Source: a virus
Taxonomy: Duplodnaviria; Heunggongvirae; Uroviricota; Caudoviricetes
DNA: 64,000 nucleotides
Direction: 5' to 3' (one strand)
Virus record (IMG/VR): IMGVR_UViG_3300013288_000004
Location: 127,360 to 191,359 of that record
The notes under the pieces were generated by a model that saw only the letters and a program-made list of their open reading frames with translations, had not been told where the DNA came from and did not search any database. How positions within the stretch are numbered: position 1 is the first letter of the stretch; each line of letters starts with the position of its first letter. Below are positions 35,955-45,672 of this stretch, one piece after another. A program made the position numbers and the translations under genes.

Positions 35955-36170
35955 TTATTGAGTCCCTTTCATGTTTTGTATCTTAACCATTTCTGTAGGT
36001 TCTGTCAAGGTCTTTCCTGTTCCACCACATGCGCCACATTTGGGGCTACCATTGTGATCATATCGTCCAGATCCATTACATGCGTTACATTTTTCTAACT
36101 TTCTTCCATGATTTTCTTGATAAGCTTTTCTACGCTCTTCTTTTCTAATTTTATAATTATTTTCAAACAT
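35955..36170 (-). CDS. DnaJ-type zinc-finger (CxxCxGxG) small protein
   Basis: 71 aa; CNACNGSG ... CGACGGTG. Confidence 0.45.
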   Translation of the reverse strand: MFENNYKIRKEERRKAYQENHGRKLEKCNACNGSGRYDHNGSPKCGACGGTGKTLTEPTEMVKIQNMKGTQ

Positions 36171-36172
36171 GA

Positions 36173-36640
36173 TTACACCTTTTGTAATTTTTCTAATTCT
36201 AGCTTAAGATCTTGTATTTTCTTAGCTTTGTTATAAGCTTTATAAGATTGTACCGATTTATTATATTCTTCCAATGCGTTGGAATACTTTTCATCAAATT
36301 CTTTTAATTCTTTGTTAAATTCTTCATCGGATTTTTCCAACACAACGTGGAATTCCATAATAGGATAATAATGGTCTTCAATTAATGATATTTTTATTTT
36401 ATCTGGAACTATATTAAATGTTTTGGCTAGTTCATTTACAGCCGTATTAATTTCACTAAGCCGAATATCGCTGTTATGAACAGAATAATCATCATAATGT
36501 TCGTTTTCATAATCTTCAAATAATTTAATATCATTATCTGAATATCCACGATACATATAAAAGAATTTATGACTAGTTTTTTCAGGTTTTTTAAACGTTG
36601 GCTTAATTGGCTTTTTCATAACCAAAATTCCTTGTGACAT
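36173..36640 (-). CDS. hypothetical protein
   Basis: 155-aa ORF. Confidence 0.5.
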   Translation of the reverse strand: MSQGILVMKKPIKPTFKKPEKTSHKFFYMYRGYSDNDIKLFEDYENEHYDDYSVHNSDIRLSEINTAVNELAKTFNIVPDKIKISLIEDHYYPIMEFHVVLEKSDEEFNKELKEFDEKYSNALEEYNKSVQSYKAYNKAKKIQDLKLELEKLQKV

Positions 36641-37082
36641 TTATAATTTCATTAGGTACAAAATATACTTCGGCACTTTCAAAGACTCTACAAAAGTTGT
36701 GCTCATCTTGATAATAAGAATTTTCTGGAGAACCCAGCAAATCTACAACGATTTGATAATAAGAATCACTAACATAGTGAGAGAAGTTCTGCTCGTCAGG
36801 AATATCTTCAACCGTGTGACCAAGATCGTACTCTTCTACGATTTCTCTGGCTACTGACGGATGTCGTAAAAGAACTTTATCAACATATTGAATAAGCAAT
36901 TCGTCTTCGACACCTTGATTACAAAAGCGCTCATCATCAGAATCGAAACCTTTAAGGAACTCTAAAAAGAATAGAACTTTTTCTTTAGAAAGTCCATATA
37001 GTGTAATTGTCTTTGGCGAATCGCCATCGTTTTCCCAAGAATCTACAACTAATTGAAATCCTGCACTAATATTTTTATTCAT
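36603..37082 (-). CDS. hypothetical protein
   Basis: 159-aa ORF. Confidence 0.5.
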   Translation of the reverse strand: MNKNISAGFQLVVDSWENDGDSPKTITLYGLSKEKVLFFLEFLKGFDSDDERFCNQGVEDELLIQYVDKVLLRHPSVAREIVEEYDLGHTVEDIPDEQNFSHYVSDSYYQIVVDLLGSPENSYYQDEHNFCRVFESAEVYFVPNEIINVTRNFGYEKAN

Positions 37083-37086
37083 GACG

Positions 37087-37326
37087 TTATCCTAATAATT
37101 CATTGATGTGATTTTTGATATAAGTTGCTCCGTCCTTGAACTCATAATATCTTTCGCCTTCAGCTACTATATCAAGTAGTTCAAGTTTTAACAACCTCAA
37201 AAGTTCTGCAAGCTGGTCATCATAGATAGACGACCAATCAATCTCTGCGCCAGCAGGCTTCCAAGGTTCATCTGACCAAAAACAAAATCCCGCTTCTTCC
37301 GCTAACTGTTTGATTTTATTGTTCAT
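37087..37326 (-). CDS. hypothetical protein
   Basis: 79-aa ORF. Confidence 0.45.
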   Translation of the reverse strand: MNNKIKQLAEEAGFCFWSDEPWKPAGAEIDWSSIYDDQLAELLRLLKLELLDIVAEGERYYEFKDGATYIKNHINELLG

Positions 37327-37505
37327 TTTAATTCTACCTGCGCTGTAATTCCCATTCGTTTAAGCTTAAACTGCTTTGTTATAGCTTCTTCGTGTGTGTC
37401 ATAAAATTTATGAACCTCATAATCTTTTTCGAAGTCCCACCACGAAACGATCCATCTAACTTTCTTCTTTGACATGGTCGGCCACCTTTCATTTCCATTT
37501 TTCAT
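37323..37505 (-). CDS. hypothetical protein
   Basis: 60-aa ORF. Confidence 0.4.
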   Translation of the reverse strand: MKNGNERWPTMSKKKVRWIVSWWDFEKDYEVHKFYDTHEEAITKQFKLKRMGITAQVELK

Positions 37506-37543
37506 ATGCTATCATTGGCATCTAATTCAGTCAAGGAACGTAC

Positions 37544-37804
37544 ATGTCCATGAAGATAGAATCACTATTCGAAAGTCCGCCACAATTTACACCTGATGGA
37601 CAACATTTTTGGGACAATAGAGTTGCGGATGCTTTACAAAATAAATCATATGTTTACTATGTAAATTTGTTACCACATAGAGAAATAATTCGAATTACGT
37701 CACTAAAACAATATGATGAATTAGCAAATAGTAAGGAGATTTGGGGCGATGGTACAAAACATCAGGCAAGACGAATTATAATTACAACTAAACAATTAAT
37801 TTAA
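37544..37804 (+). CDS. hypothetical protein
   Basis: 86-aa ORF; first plus-strand gene after a long minus-strand block (divergent junction ~37510). Confidence 0.4.
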   Translation: MSMKIESLFESPPQFTPDGQHFWDNRVADALQNKSYVYYVNLLPHREIIRITSLKQYDELANSKEIWGDGTKHQARRIIITTKQLI

Positions 37805-37815
37805 AGGAATTTAAC

Positions 37816-38841
37816 ATGCATTGGGTACTACAGGAAAATTTGTTTAACGAACAAGGATTTAGGGACGCTCTGGACGTTTTTGAAAGGTTTAAGATACCAT
37901 ATTCTTTACATAAGGTTGTGCCGTTTGTTGGTGAGCTAGAGCCTGACATTAGTCCAGATGACAATGTGATCTGCATGGGTTCTTACTCTATGCGCCACAT
38001 TGCTAAGAAGAAGGGTTGGTATCCCGGTGTGTTCGATCTAGAACCAGTTAATTTTAATGAACAAATGAAGCATTGGGGAAAGCACATGCTCAATGCTGAT
38101 GCTGTTGTGTCAAGATTTGCTGATGCTAAGATTGTAACAGGAAAAGCATTCCTACGTCCAATTGAAGATTCCAAAGTATTTGCTGGAAAAGTATTTACAG
38201 ATCAAGAACTTACAGAATGGCAGCATAGTATCATTACTATGGGAGATGACTATGGTTCTTCTATGAATGGTGACACACTGATACAAGTATGCCCGGTCAA
38301 GGAAATCTACGCAGAGTATAGATACTGGGTTGTGGACGATAAAATCGTAACCAAGTCCATGTATAAGCGTGGTGGGACGGTTCATTACTCCAGTGACGTT
38401 GATCATCGATTTGATAAGTTTGTGTCATCACTAACTTCTGGACCGTTTTCAGTAGATTATTGGCGACCGCATGATGCATACGTGATAGACGTTTGTGACA
38501 CACCAGATGGTATCAAGGTGGTCGAATTGAATACACTCACAAGCGCGGGGTTCTATGCGGCCAATATGACAGACCTAATCATGGCACTAGAAGATAAGTT
38601 TAGTAGAAAAGAACCTAGAAAAGATATTGGCGGTATTATTACTTATAAAGTGCAACGCAGTATGGATAAAGGATTCTTTTATTGTCCATATAACCCATTT
38701 GTGCCAGTTGTAGAAAAGTTACCAGAACCTGAGCCTCCAACTCAAGAGATGATAACTATGTGGATTGATGGTGTTAAAAACAATGATCCACAGAAAGATG
38801 CTTATATAGAATTGTTGAAAAAACTCCCACCATTCAGTTAA
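37816..38841 (+). CDS. ATP-grasp domain protein
   Basis: 341 aa; FLRPIEDSKVFAGKVF, EYRYWVVDDKIV, VIDVCDTPDGIKVVELNTLTSAGFY blocks typical of ATP-grasp ligases. Confidence 0.6.
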   Translation: MHWVLQENLFNEQGFRDALDVFERFKIPYSLHKVVPFVGELEPDISPDDNVICMGSYSMRHIAKKKGWYPGVFDLEPVNFNEQMKHWGKHMLNADAVVSRFADAKIVTGKAFLRPIEDSKVFAGKVFTDQELTEWQHSIITMGDDYGSSMNGDTLIQVCPVKEIYAEYRYWVVDDKIVTKSMYKRGGTVHYSSDVDHRFDKFVSSLTSGPFSVDYWRPHDAYVIDVCDTPDGIKVVELNTLTSAGFYAANMTDLIMALEDKFSRKEPRKDIGGIITYKVQRSMDKGFFYCPYNPFVPVVEKLPEPEPPTQEMITMWIDGVKNNDPQKDAYIELLKKLPPFS

Positions 38842-39200
38842 ATATAATTACTGCGTGAAATGGTATCTTGGTGGACTGACAATTGTTGTTTTATCATCTT
38901 CACGATATCATTAAACAATCCTTGAAGTCTGTTCATATTTGTAAAAATTCTAGACTTGTGAAAGTTCTTTTGCTCAGGGTCTTTTAATTTTGCAACCAGT
39001 GGAACAGCACGTTGTGCGGCTTCAAGGCGTTTCTTAGCAATTTCAAATGCTTGGGTCAAATCCATATCTTCTGGTAAATTTGTAACAGGAGAATCTGTAG
39101 TATTGAATGATGCTTCATTTAATATATTATTCAATTGTTCAAGCATGACTTGCTGTTGAACATCTTCCATGCTATTGTATATTTCGCTAAGTAATTTCAT
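38838..39200 (-). CDS. hypothetical protein
   Basis: 120-aa ORF, convergent with the upstream gene. Confidence 0.45.
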   Translation of the reverse strand: MKLLSEIYNSMEDVQQQVMLEQLNNILNEASFNTTDSPVTNLPEDMDLTQAFEIAKKRLEAAQRAVPLVAKLKDPEQKNFHKSRIFTNMNRLQGLFNDIVKMIKQQLSVHQDTISRSNYI

Positions 39201-39240
39201 AATTATTTTCCGTTTTACATATTTATAAAAGATAGGTGCT

Positions 39241-39948
39241 ATGAGAATTTTTTCAAAATTTATTGACTACTACGATAAAGTTCAGGCATTTGGTGCTGAT
39301 GATTCAGTCGTGTATATTAGAAATCGTGAATATACTAATGACTGTGGTATCGACCTACAAGATACTAGATCATATCGCGATAAGTATACATGGAAAAAGT
39401 ATAAATCTACACATGAAATGCAAAGGGGAGCAATTATTTTCTGTGGCAAAATATATAAATTTGTACAGCTACATTGTGGTAAGGCTGAGTATTCTTTCAA
39501 CCCTTATTCTTTCCCTTATACAATAGCATATGATTACACCTCTATGGTAGAGGCTCTGAAAAAATTATGTGAAGAAACTTATCCAAAAAACCCAGAAGCA
39601 CTATATAAAAATACTATCATAGATTTTCCAAACGAAGAGTTTTTTAAAGTTTTGGATACTAACCTAAATATCGAAAGAAAATGTCCAATAATCTATCAGA
39701 AAAGTGGTTCAATTTATGAAGATCATTTAAAAACTGATTATAATTCTATGTTAAACCCTTGTCTAAAGTACTATGATTTTTTTAAAGTGAAAGATCCATT
39801 CACAGCCTATATGGAGTTGGATATGTACCTATCTGGCGTTTTGGGTAATTCTGGCAATCCCATGGTTAATATTAGTGACAAAGATAAAGTTTATAAACAC
39901 GGTTTCGACCCCGAATATGGATTTAGAAAGAGAAAAAATGAAATTTAA
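39241..39948 (+). CDS. hypothetical protein
   Basis: 235-aa ORF. Confidence 0.5.
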   Translation: MRIFSKFIDYYDKVQAFGADDSVVYIRNREYTNDCGIDLQDTRSYRDKYTWKKYKSTHEMQRGAIIFCGKIYKFVQLHCGKAEYSFNPYSFPYTIAYDYTSMVEALKKLCEETYPKNPEALYKNTIIDFPNEEFFKVLDTNLNIERKCPIIYQKSGSIYEDHLKTDYNSMLNPCLKYYDFFKVKDPFTAYMELDMYLSGVLGNSGNPMVNISDKDKVYKHGFDPEYGFRKRKNEI

Positions 39949-40670
39949 ATTTATAAGTCATAATGTATTATATTATATTGGAATGATGACAACCATTCTA
40001 GTAACAGTTTTACTTGGTTTTGCGATTTATATTAATGGGTTAGTAGAACCGTGGATCACCTTACTTTTTATGAATTTCCTTGGATATTTACTACTTTTAT
40101 ACATCTACATATCCGAGTGAGTTGACATTCAAATTTTTCACGTCTACAATTGAAGCACAACATAGGAAGCAACAAATGACATACCAAGAAATTCGTGACA
40201 TTATTAATAATACCACAGATACCAATGAATTGCAAGATATCATCAATCAGTTATCAGAAGCTCTAAAGAACGTTAAGTAAATGTGTGGAGAAAATCGGGT
40301 CTTTCGGCCCGATTTTTTATATGGTAAATCTAATCATTACTCCAGATCAAGAAACTGATAATTTTCCATCACGTTTAATATTACCATTCAATAATGAAGA
40401 GGATATTAGACTTGCGATGGATACTATAATTGAAATTACTAACGCTGGCGTTACATTTACTACAAGATTGACAGAAAATCTGATGGATGAAGAATGCAAA
40501 CTGTAAGAAACATATACGCAGAAGTATTGCTACTCATAGCTTTTTTCGTTCCTTTTTGTTTTATAACATATCAACTTATAGATAATACCATCAATGGTAC
40601 AATAGAATTTATCGATATTTTAGTACTAACTTTCGATTTATTTCTAGCGGCGAGTATCTATTTACAAATT

Positions 40671-41162
40671 TCAACAATTAGGCTTTATATGTGGTCTATC
40701 AGGAAAAAATCCCATGACATGACAGGTAATTAATGCTGGGTCTACCTTTCTCCCGGAAGCATCTAATATTTTACCTTCCTCGTCAACAATGAACCCTATA
40801 TCCGCTATAAATTTTTTATATGCCTTGCCGTGATTTTTCTTTTCTACAAAAACTTTAGTCTTAAAAAGCTCAAACGATTCTTGATATTCTTTTGCCAATT
40901 TGAATGTCATATCATCCTCGCTAACACTCAAATCACTATACATTACAACTTTAGGAGACAATGTTGTTTCTATCGTTACGGGCATGCTAGTTTGTGTAGG
41001 CTGCGTGTACATGACAACATTTTGATTATCTATAGGCAATGTATAAGGTATATCCTCTTGTTTTACAGTTCCAAAAATTATGACAGAGGAAATTATTACG
41101 ATTCCCACTATTATCCATGAAATACCCATGACACCTTGTTTGGCTCGTTGACTCATCAACAT
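40671..41162 (-). CDS. hypothetical membrane-anchored protein
   Basis: 163 aa; N-terminal TM helix ISWIIVGIVIISSVIIFG. Confidence 0.45.
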   Translation of the reverse strand: MLMSQRAKQGVMGISWIIVGIVIISSVIIFGTVKQEDIPYTLPIDNQNVVMYTQPTQTSMPVTIETTLSPKVVMYSDLSVSEDDMTFKLAKEYQESFELFKTKVFVEKKNHGKAYKKFIADIGFIVDEEGKILDASGRKVDPALITCHVMGFFPDRPHIKPNC

Positions 41163-41194
41163 TTAATTTCAATGCCTTTTTAAAACTATTTATC

Positions 41195-41202
41195 TATAAA
41201 TA
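41195..41202 (+). promoter_or_regulatory. TATAAATA late-promoter-like element upstream of the lipoprotein/adhesin gene pair
   Basis: Plus-strand TATAAATA 11 nt before the ATG at 41213; spacing short, so weak. Confidence 0.25.
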
Positions 41203-41212
41203 AAGTGAATAT

Positions 41213-41521
41213 ATGAGCAAAAAATCAATGAAATTTATTTTAATAATGTTATTAATGATCTTATCTAGTTGTCGCTCATCAGTGGAGATAGACTTTACAA
41301 AAGAGGTTATCGCATGCACAAACATATACGATTTACAAGATGACATTATATATTATGAAGAAAACAAAAGTTCTTTTGAATCAATGAGCACTGGTGTTAT
41401 ACAATATACATATGTGGATGTATATCAAAATCGTAGAATGCTTAATGAATATGAATTAGAAAATTATGAGTGTACGCAAGTAACAAGTGCGGAAGAATAT
41501 AATAAAATAGTGAACGATTAA
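41213..41521 (+). CDS. lipoprotein
   Basis: 102 aa; signal + lipobox MILSSC. Confidence 0.5.
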   Translation: MSKKSMKFILIMLLMILSSCRSSVEIDFTKEVIACTNIYDLQDDIIYYEENKSSFESMSTGVIQYTYVDVYQNRRMLNEYELENYECTQVTSAEEYNKIVND

Positions 41522-43230
41522 TGTTATTAAATTTTTCAAATGGTATAGTCCAAAGGCAACCCGTAACTCCTTTCCTAATCAAGAATGGAACTAGCATATC
41601 ACTTAATAGTGCGACAGCACCTTTAATACTATCTTTCTCTCACGGATCATCAAATTATCTAACTATACACCCTGACATAATAAAGAGTGCATGGAAGGGT
41701 CCATTCAACAAAAATAAAGACGCATATTTATATGTAGATATTAATATTAATACAGCAAAGATAACATATGGCTCTACACCACTACCTCCTAAAGCTGGAG
41801 GAAAACTTCCTATCCATGCAGAAATAGATCAGAATTTCTTCGAATTCAAATCTAGAAAAATGTACATTAAACGTGCTGGGGTGAATTCGTGGAAAGAAGT
41901 AATAAGAGTATTTGTTGGTGAATATAGAAAAGGAGCTATTTTAAAGTGTTACGACATTGGATCTAATTTTAACTTAGCAACCAAAAACAATTCCGGTTTA
42001 ATCCTATTTGATGAAAATAGACATCCAATTAAAAAAGACAATAGCAATGAGTTTCTAACCACCGAAAGTGAACTGACAGTTGAAAATGGGTATATTGGAA
42101 AAATAGATCAACATCTGAACATCACTAAATGTTTAGAGGCTATTCCAAAACATCATTGTGTGTCAATTGATACAAAGAATTACAAATATTGTAAATTGGC
42201 AAAAAATGGACTAGCGTGCACCGGAATCAACCAAAACGGGCATGCTTCCGGTGATGTTGTAAATTATGTCAAATATGGTTATCTATATGACGTTTTAGGC
42301 TGGGGGTTTTCGGGTTCACCGGGTTCTCCTTTATATCTAGGAGAACAAGCGAATATAAGCGAATCACCATCTAGGTATATCATACAAAGAGTAGGATTCA
42401 TAATAGACGAATTCACAATTTTTGTTGATATTAGCGATCCTATAAAAACAATGTTTGATTTTCAAATGTCACCAAGCGTTACTCCCACATCTACCAATAT
42501 TTCAGCTACAGTGACACCTACAGTGACACCATCTGTAACACCTACAGTGACACCTACAGTGACACCATCTGTAACACCTACAGTGACACCATCGGCTTCA
42601 CCATCTGTGACAGCCACAGTGACACCATCGGCTTCACCATCTGTGACAGCCACAGTGACACCATCGGCTTCACCATCTGTGACAGCCACAGTGACACCAT
42701 CGGCTTCACCATCTGTGACAGCCACAGTGACACCATCGGCTTCACCATCTGTGACAGCCACAGTGACACTATCGATTTCACCGACAATTACTCCTACGGT
42801 CACACCTTCGCCAATACCATCAGAATCAATTGTAGAAGTAATTGTTTTTTACTCTTTTGGAACACTAATTAATATGATAGTTTTAGATGATCCTTGTTCA
42901 TACACACCTCGTGAAGATTTAGGATACGCTAATATAACTAGTGGTACTGTATATACATATACCGGTAACAATGGTTGTGATTTTAATTATTACAACGATT
43001 GTGGGGTTATAGTAGATGTGGATAATGGTACAGAAGTATTGTCTAATACATACCCAATTACACCGATGTCAATACCATTTTCTGGCGCATTGCCAGAATT
43101 TGATACAAGTAACATTCCAATCGGAGCACAAAGCGAAATTGAATTTTCAGGTGGTTGTATAGCTATATTAAATATAGAGACCGGTATTGGGAATTTCATA
43201 TGGAAAATAGTATACAGTTCATGCTCATGA
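41521..43230 (+). CDS. large surface/adhesin-like protein with Thr/Val/Pro/Ser tandem-repeat linker
   Basis: 569 aa; central (TVTPSASPSVTA)n encoded by perfect 36-nt tandem repeats, flanked by globular N- and C-terminal domains. Confidence 0.6.
   Translation: MLLNFSNGIVQRQPVTPFLIKNGTSISLNSATAPLILSFSHGSSNYLTIHPDIIKSAWKGPFNKNKDAYLYVDININTAKITYGSTPLPPKAGGKLPIHAEIDQNFFEFKSRKMYIKRAGVNSWKEVIRVFVGEYRKGAILKCYDIGSNFNLATKNNSGLILFDENRHPIKKDNSNEFLTTESELTVENGYIGKIDQHLNITKCLEAIPKHHCVSIDTKNYKYCKLAKNGLACTGINQNGHASGDVVNYVKYGYLYDVLGWGFSGSPGSPLYLGEQANISESPSRYIIQRVGFIIDEFTIFVDISDPIKTMFDFQMSPSVTPTSTNISATVTPTVTPSVTPTVTPTVTPSVTPTVTPSASPSVTATVTPSASPSVTATVTPSASPSVTATVTPSASPSVTATVTPSASPSVTATVTLSISPTITPTVTPSPIPSESIVEVIVFYSFGTLINMIVLDDPCSYTPREDLGYANITSGTVYTYTGNNGCDFNYYNDCGVIVDVDNGTEVLSNTYPITPMSIPFSGALPEFDTSNIPIGAQSEIEFSGGCIAILNIETGIGNFIWKIVYSSCS
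42584..42765 (+). repeat. 36-nt perfect tandem repeat x5 (coding, TVTPSASPSVTA units)
   Basis: Direct inspection. Confidence 0.85.
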
Positions 43231-43250
43231 TAAATATTAAAATGTGAGGA

Positions 43251-43541
43251 ATGATTATGAAACTTAACGATATAATTCTTGAAAATAAGAAAGATGAAAA
43301 CAAAGATCTGAGTAGAACACCACCGCCTGACGGTGGTAAGATGACGACTGCACAAGCCGCCAAAAAACTTGGCGTCACAATGGGAAGAGTTAGACAGATG
43401 ATAATGAATGGTCAATTAGACTCTGATGGACCAGAAAAGGGACGTAGGGATAATCTACTATCTACGAAAGATGTGCAGGGTATCGCAAAAAAGAAAAGAA
43501 AAGCTGGTCGTCCTAAAAAGAAAGACTCAGAGAAAGAATAA
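43251..43541 (+). CDS. HTH DNA-binding protein with C-terminal AT-hook-like basic tail
   Basis: 96 aa; MTTAQAAKKLGVTMGRVRQMIMNGQL helix-turn-helix; KKKRKAGRPKKK contains a GRP AT-hook core. Confidence 0.5.
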   Translation: MIMKLNDIILENKKDENKDLSRTPPPDGGKMTTAQAAKKLGVTMGRVRQMIMNGQLDSDGPEKGRRDNLLSTKDVQGIAKKKRKAGRPKKKDSEKE

Positions 43542-43762
43542 TGAAAATTAAAACAGATTTTGGCATCATAAATGTTGATGCTGACACTATTTCATATTAT
43601 AACGTATCTGTGGATACAAACGCAAAAACATATGAAATTACATTTTATTTCAGTGAATCATCTAGTTCACTGAGTACAAAATTGAATTCAGTCGAAGAAG
43701 CAGTTAAACTGATGAAGACGATTGATTACGAAAAAACATCGTTAAAAATTCTTAGAAAATAA
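43541..43762 (+). CDS. hypothetical protein
   Basis: 73-aa ORF; TAATG overlap with the upstream gene. Confidence 0.4.
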   Translation: MKIKTDFGIINVDADTISYYNVSVDTNAKTYEITFYFSESSSSLSTKLNSVEEAVKLMKTIDYEKTSLKILRK

Positions 43763-43775
43763 CAGGAGAAAAAGA

Positions 43776-44006
43776 ATGAAAGTAGAAATCTTCTCGAAAG
43801 ATGGTTGCCCCTATTGCGTCAAGGCTAAAAATTTATTGAGTATAAAAGGTATATCATTTACAGAACATAAAGTTGGTCAGAATGGAATAGATAAACAATT
43901 TATACAAGAAAAAGCCGGTAAACCAATACATACTGTACCACAAATCTTTATTGACGAAACTCACGTTGGAGGATTTACAGACTTAGAAAAATGGTTCAAG
44001 GCGTAA
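43776..44006 (+). CDS. nrdC: glutaredoxin (NrdH/NrdC-like)
   Basis: 76 aa; CPYC active site, TVPQIFI motif; RBS AGGAG 8 nt upstream. Confidence 0.75.
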   Translation: MKVEIFSKDGCPYCVKAKNLLSIKGISFTEHKVGQNGIDKQFIQEKAGKPIHTVPQIFIDETHVGGFTDLEKWFKA

Positions 44007-44011
44007 ATTAA

Positions 44012-44019
44012 TATAAATA
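44012..44019 (+). promoter_or_regulatory. TATAAATA late-promoter-like element
   Basis: 19 nt upstream of the ATG at 44038 with AAAAAGG RBS between. Confidence 0.3.
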
Positions 44020-44037
44020 TAATAAAAAGGTATATTT

Positions 44038-44340
44038 ATGGACGAGACTCTTTGGATAATAATATTTACAACTATAATTTTGTTTTTTGTACATAAGAAA
44101 CTACAAAGAGACAAGTTCAAACCGCCAGCGGTGATCATAGGTCATAGAAAATATTATGATACTATTGGCAGAATGTATGTAGATGTAGTAGATTATGATG
44201 GAATTACAGTTTATTTTAGACTGGAAATAGAATCAGAAATAGCCGATGTGCAAACACTACCAGAAAAAGAATTCCTAAAAAGATATAAAAAAGTTGGTAG
44301 GCCAGATATCAGTATTGTCAGAGATGATTTCGTAGAATAA
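44038..44340 (+). CDS. hypothetical membrane-anchored protein
   Basis: 100 aa; N-terminal TM WIIIFTTIILFFV. Confidence 0.45.
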   Translation: MDETLWIIIFTTIILFFVHKKLQRDKFKPPAVIIGHRKYYDTIGRMYVDVVDYDGITVYFRLEIESEIADVQTLPEKEFLKRYKKVGRPDISIVRDDFVE

Positions 44341-44342
44341 GA

Positions 44343-44368
44343 AAAAGGGCCAATTTGGCCCTTTTTCT
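44343..44368. terminator. bidirectional rho-independent terminator
   Basis: AAAAAGGGCCAA-TT-TGGCCCTTTTT between convergent genes. Confidence 0.6.
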
Positions 44369-45611
44369 ATTCATAATTTCTAAGTAGAAACTTGTTGCAT
44401 GTTTTTGGAAAACAAGTATCATTATCCTCTGTTAAGAACCAAAACCATTTTTCTGGAATCTTTGGGGTAACTGTTGTTCCCAAACCATCAGTAATAATAA
44501 AAACACCTTCTGGATAAGAATCAAAATCTTTCAGAACTGATTCTTCAATAATTCTAAAACAAGTACCACCTCCCATTGGCAACCTATTTTTATTCAAATC
44601 TATTTCGTGCACATAAGTTGAAAAACAAAAAAACCTAACATCAAATTTATCCAGCGGGACACTTTTTGCGGCATCGTAGAAACGTTGGGCGTAACTATGG
44701 CAAGACCCGGAAGTATCTAGATAAAATGCTATACTAATTCTTTCTTTCTTCTTTTTATCCATATCCGCTATTGTTGGTAAAAAGAAATTACTATCCAATG
44801 TTACAAATCTTCTATTCTTTCTAGCCCACTGATAGTATTCATTTTCCGTAACCTTTAATTTAGATTTCACCCATTTATGTATAACAGTTTCCCACTTCTT
44901 CTTTTTAACTACTTTCTTATTTTCTAACTCCTTTACAACAAATACATAAGCAGACCCTGCTTGTTTTTTGTTAGAATTGTTTACGGAATCTAAAGCCTCT
45001 TTTAGTTGCTCTAATTCTGATTCATCCATCCCGTCGATCATTTCTTGAATTACTTTATCTGATACAATAAACCAGTCGGAATGATCGTCAAGCATATTAC
45101 CGCCAGAACGTCCTTGCGGTCCATTCCCTTGTTCATCTGTTTCAGCATCTTTTACTAACAAATTATAATAATATTCCATAGTCATTCCATATGGTACATT
45201 TTTGTCAGGAAAAGCATTATCAAGCCACCAACCTCCGATATCCAATTCTTCCTTGATAAATTTATAAAATCTAACAAGAGTTTCGTTCACACATATATCA
45301 GCAGCTATATTCATCAATTCTTTGTTGAATTCTGGTAAACTTAGCATTCCATATAATCTTGGTAGATGCGAGAGCATCACATGCATACATTCATGGCTAA
45401 TCAAGAATAATTTTTGCAATTTATTCATCTGACTCCAAAAAGTTGGATTAATTGTCAATAAAATGTGTTCCCGAGATTCATCCGTTGCAGACACTCCAAG
45501 TGTTGGTACACTATCACTAAATTGTACGTAGCTCATGTTAAGGAATGTATAGTACATATTCCCATATGGTTGTAGACCGCGTAATAATTCTAATTTCTCT
45601 TCCAATTCCAT
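44367..45611 (-). CDS. VWA-domain protein with N-terminal HExxH metallopeptidase-like motif (CobT-like / DUF2201-like partner of the AAA ATPase)
   Basis: 414 aa; HECMHVMLSH zincin-like motif; C-terminal AFYLDTSGSC (VWA MIDAS DxSxS) ... ITDGLGT. Confidence 0.65.
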   Translation of the reverse strand: MELEEKLELLRGLQPYGNMYYTFLNMSYVQFSDSVPTLGVSATDESREHILLTINPTFWSQMNKLQKLFLISHECMHVMLSHLPRLYGMLSLPEFNKELMNIAADICVNETLVRFYKFIKEELDIGGWWLDNAFPDKNVPYGMTMEYYYNLLVKDAETDEQGNGPQGRSGGNMLDDHSDWFIVSDKVIQEMIDGMDESELEQLKEALDSVNNSNKKQAGSAYVFVVKELENKKVVKKKKWETVIHKWVKSKLKVTENEYYQWARKNRRFVTLDSNFFLPTIADMDKKKKERISIAFYLDTSGSCHSYAQRFYDAAKSVPLDKFDVRFFCFSTYVHEIDLNKNRLPMGGGTCFRIIEESVLKDFDSYPEGVFIITDGLGTTVTPKIPEKWFWFLTEDNDTCFPKTCNKFLLRNYE

Positions 45612-45672
45612 ATTCTTGCCTCATGTATTTTTTCGATGATATCATTGCTCAACAGAAATTAAAAGGTCACCA

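Noticed and set aside
42462-42803. Tandem 36-nt repeats, and antisense ORFs made of MVKP or DGVTV repeats, considered as a CRISPR array or as minus-strand genes
   Set aside because: Repeats are contiguous with no spacers and sit in-frame inside a long plus-strand ORF (TVTPSASPSVTA units). The antisense ORFs are low-complexity artefacts of the repeat.
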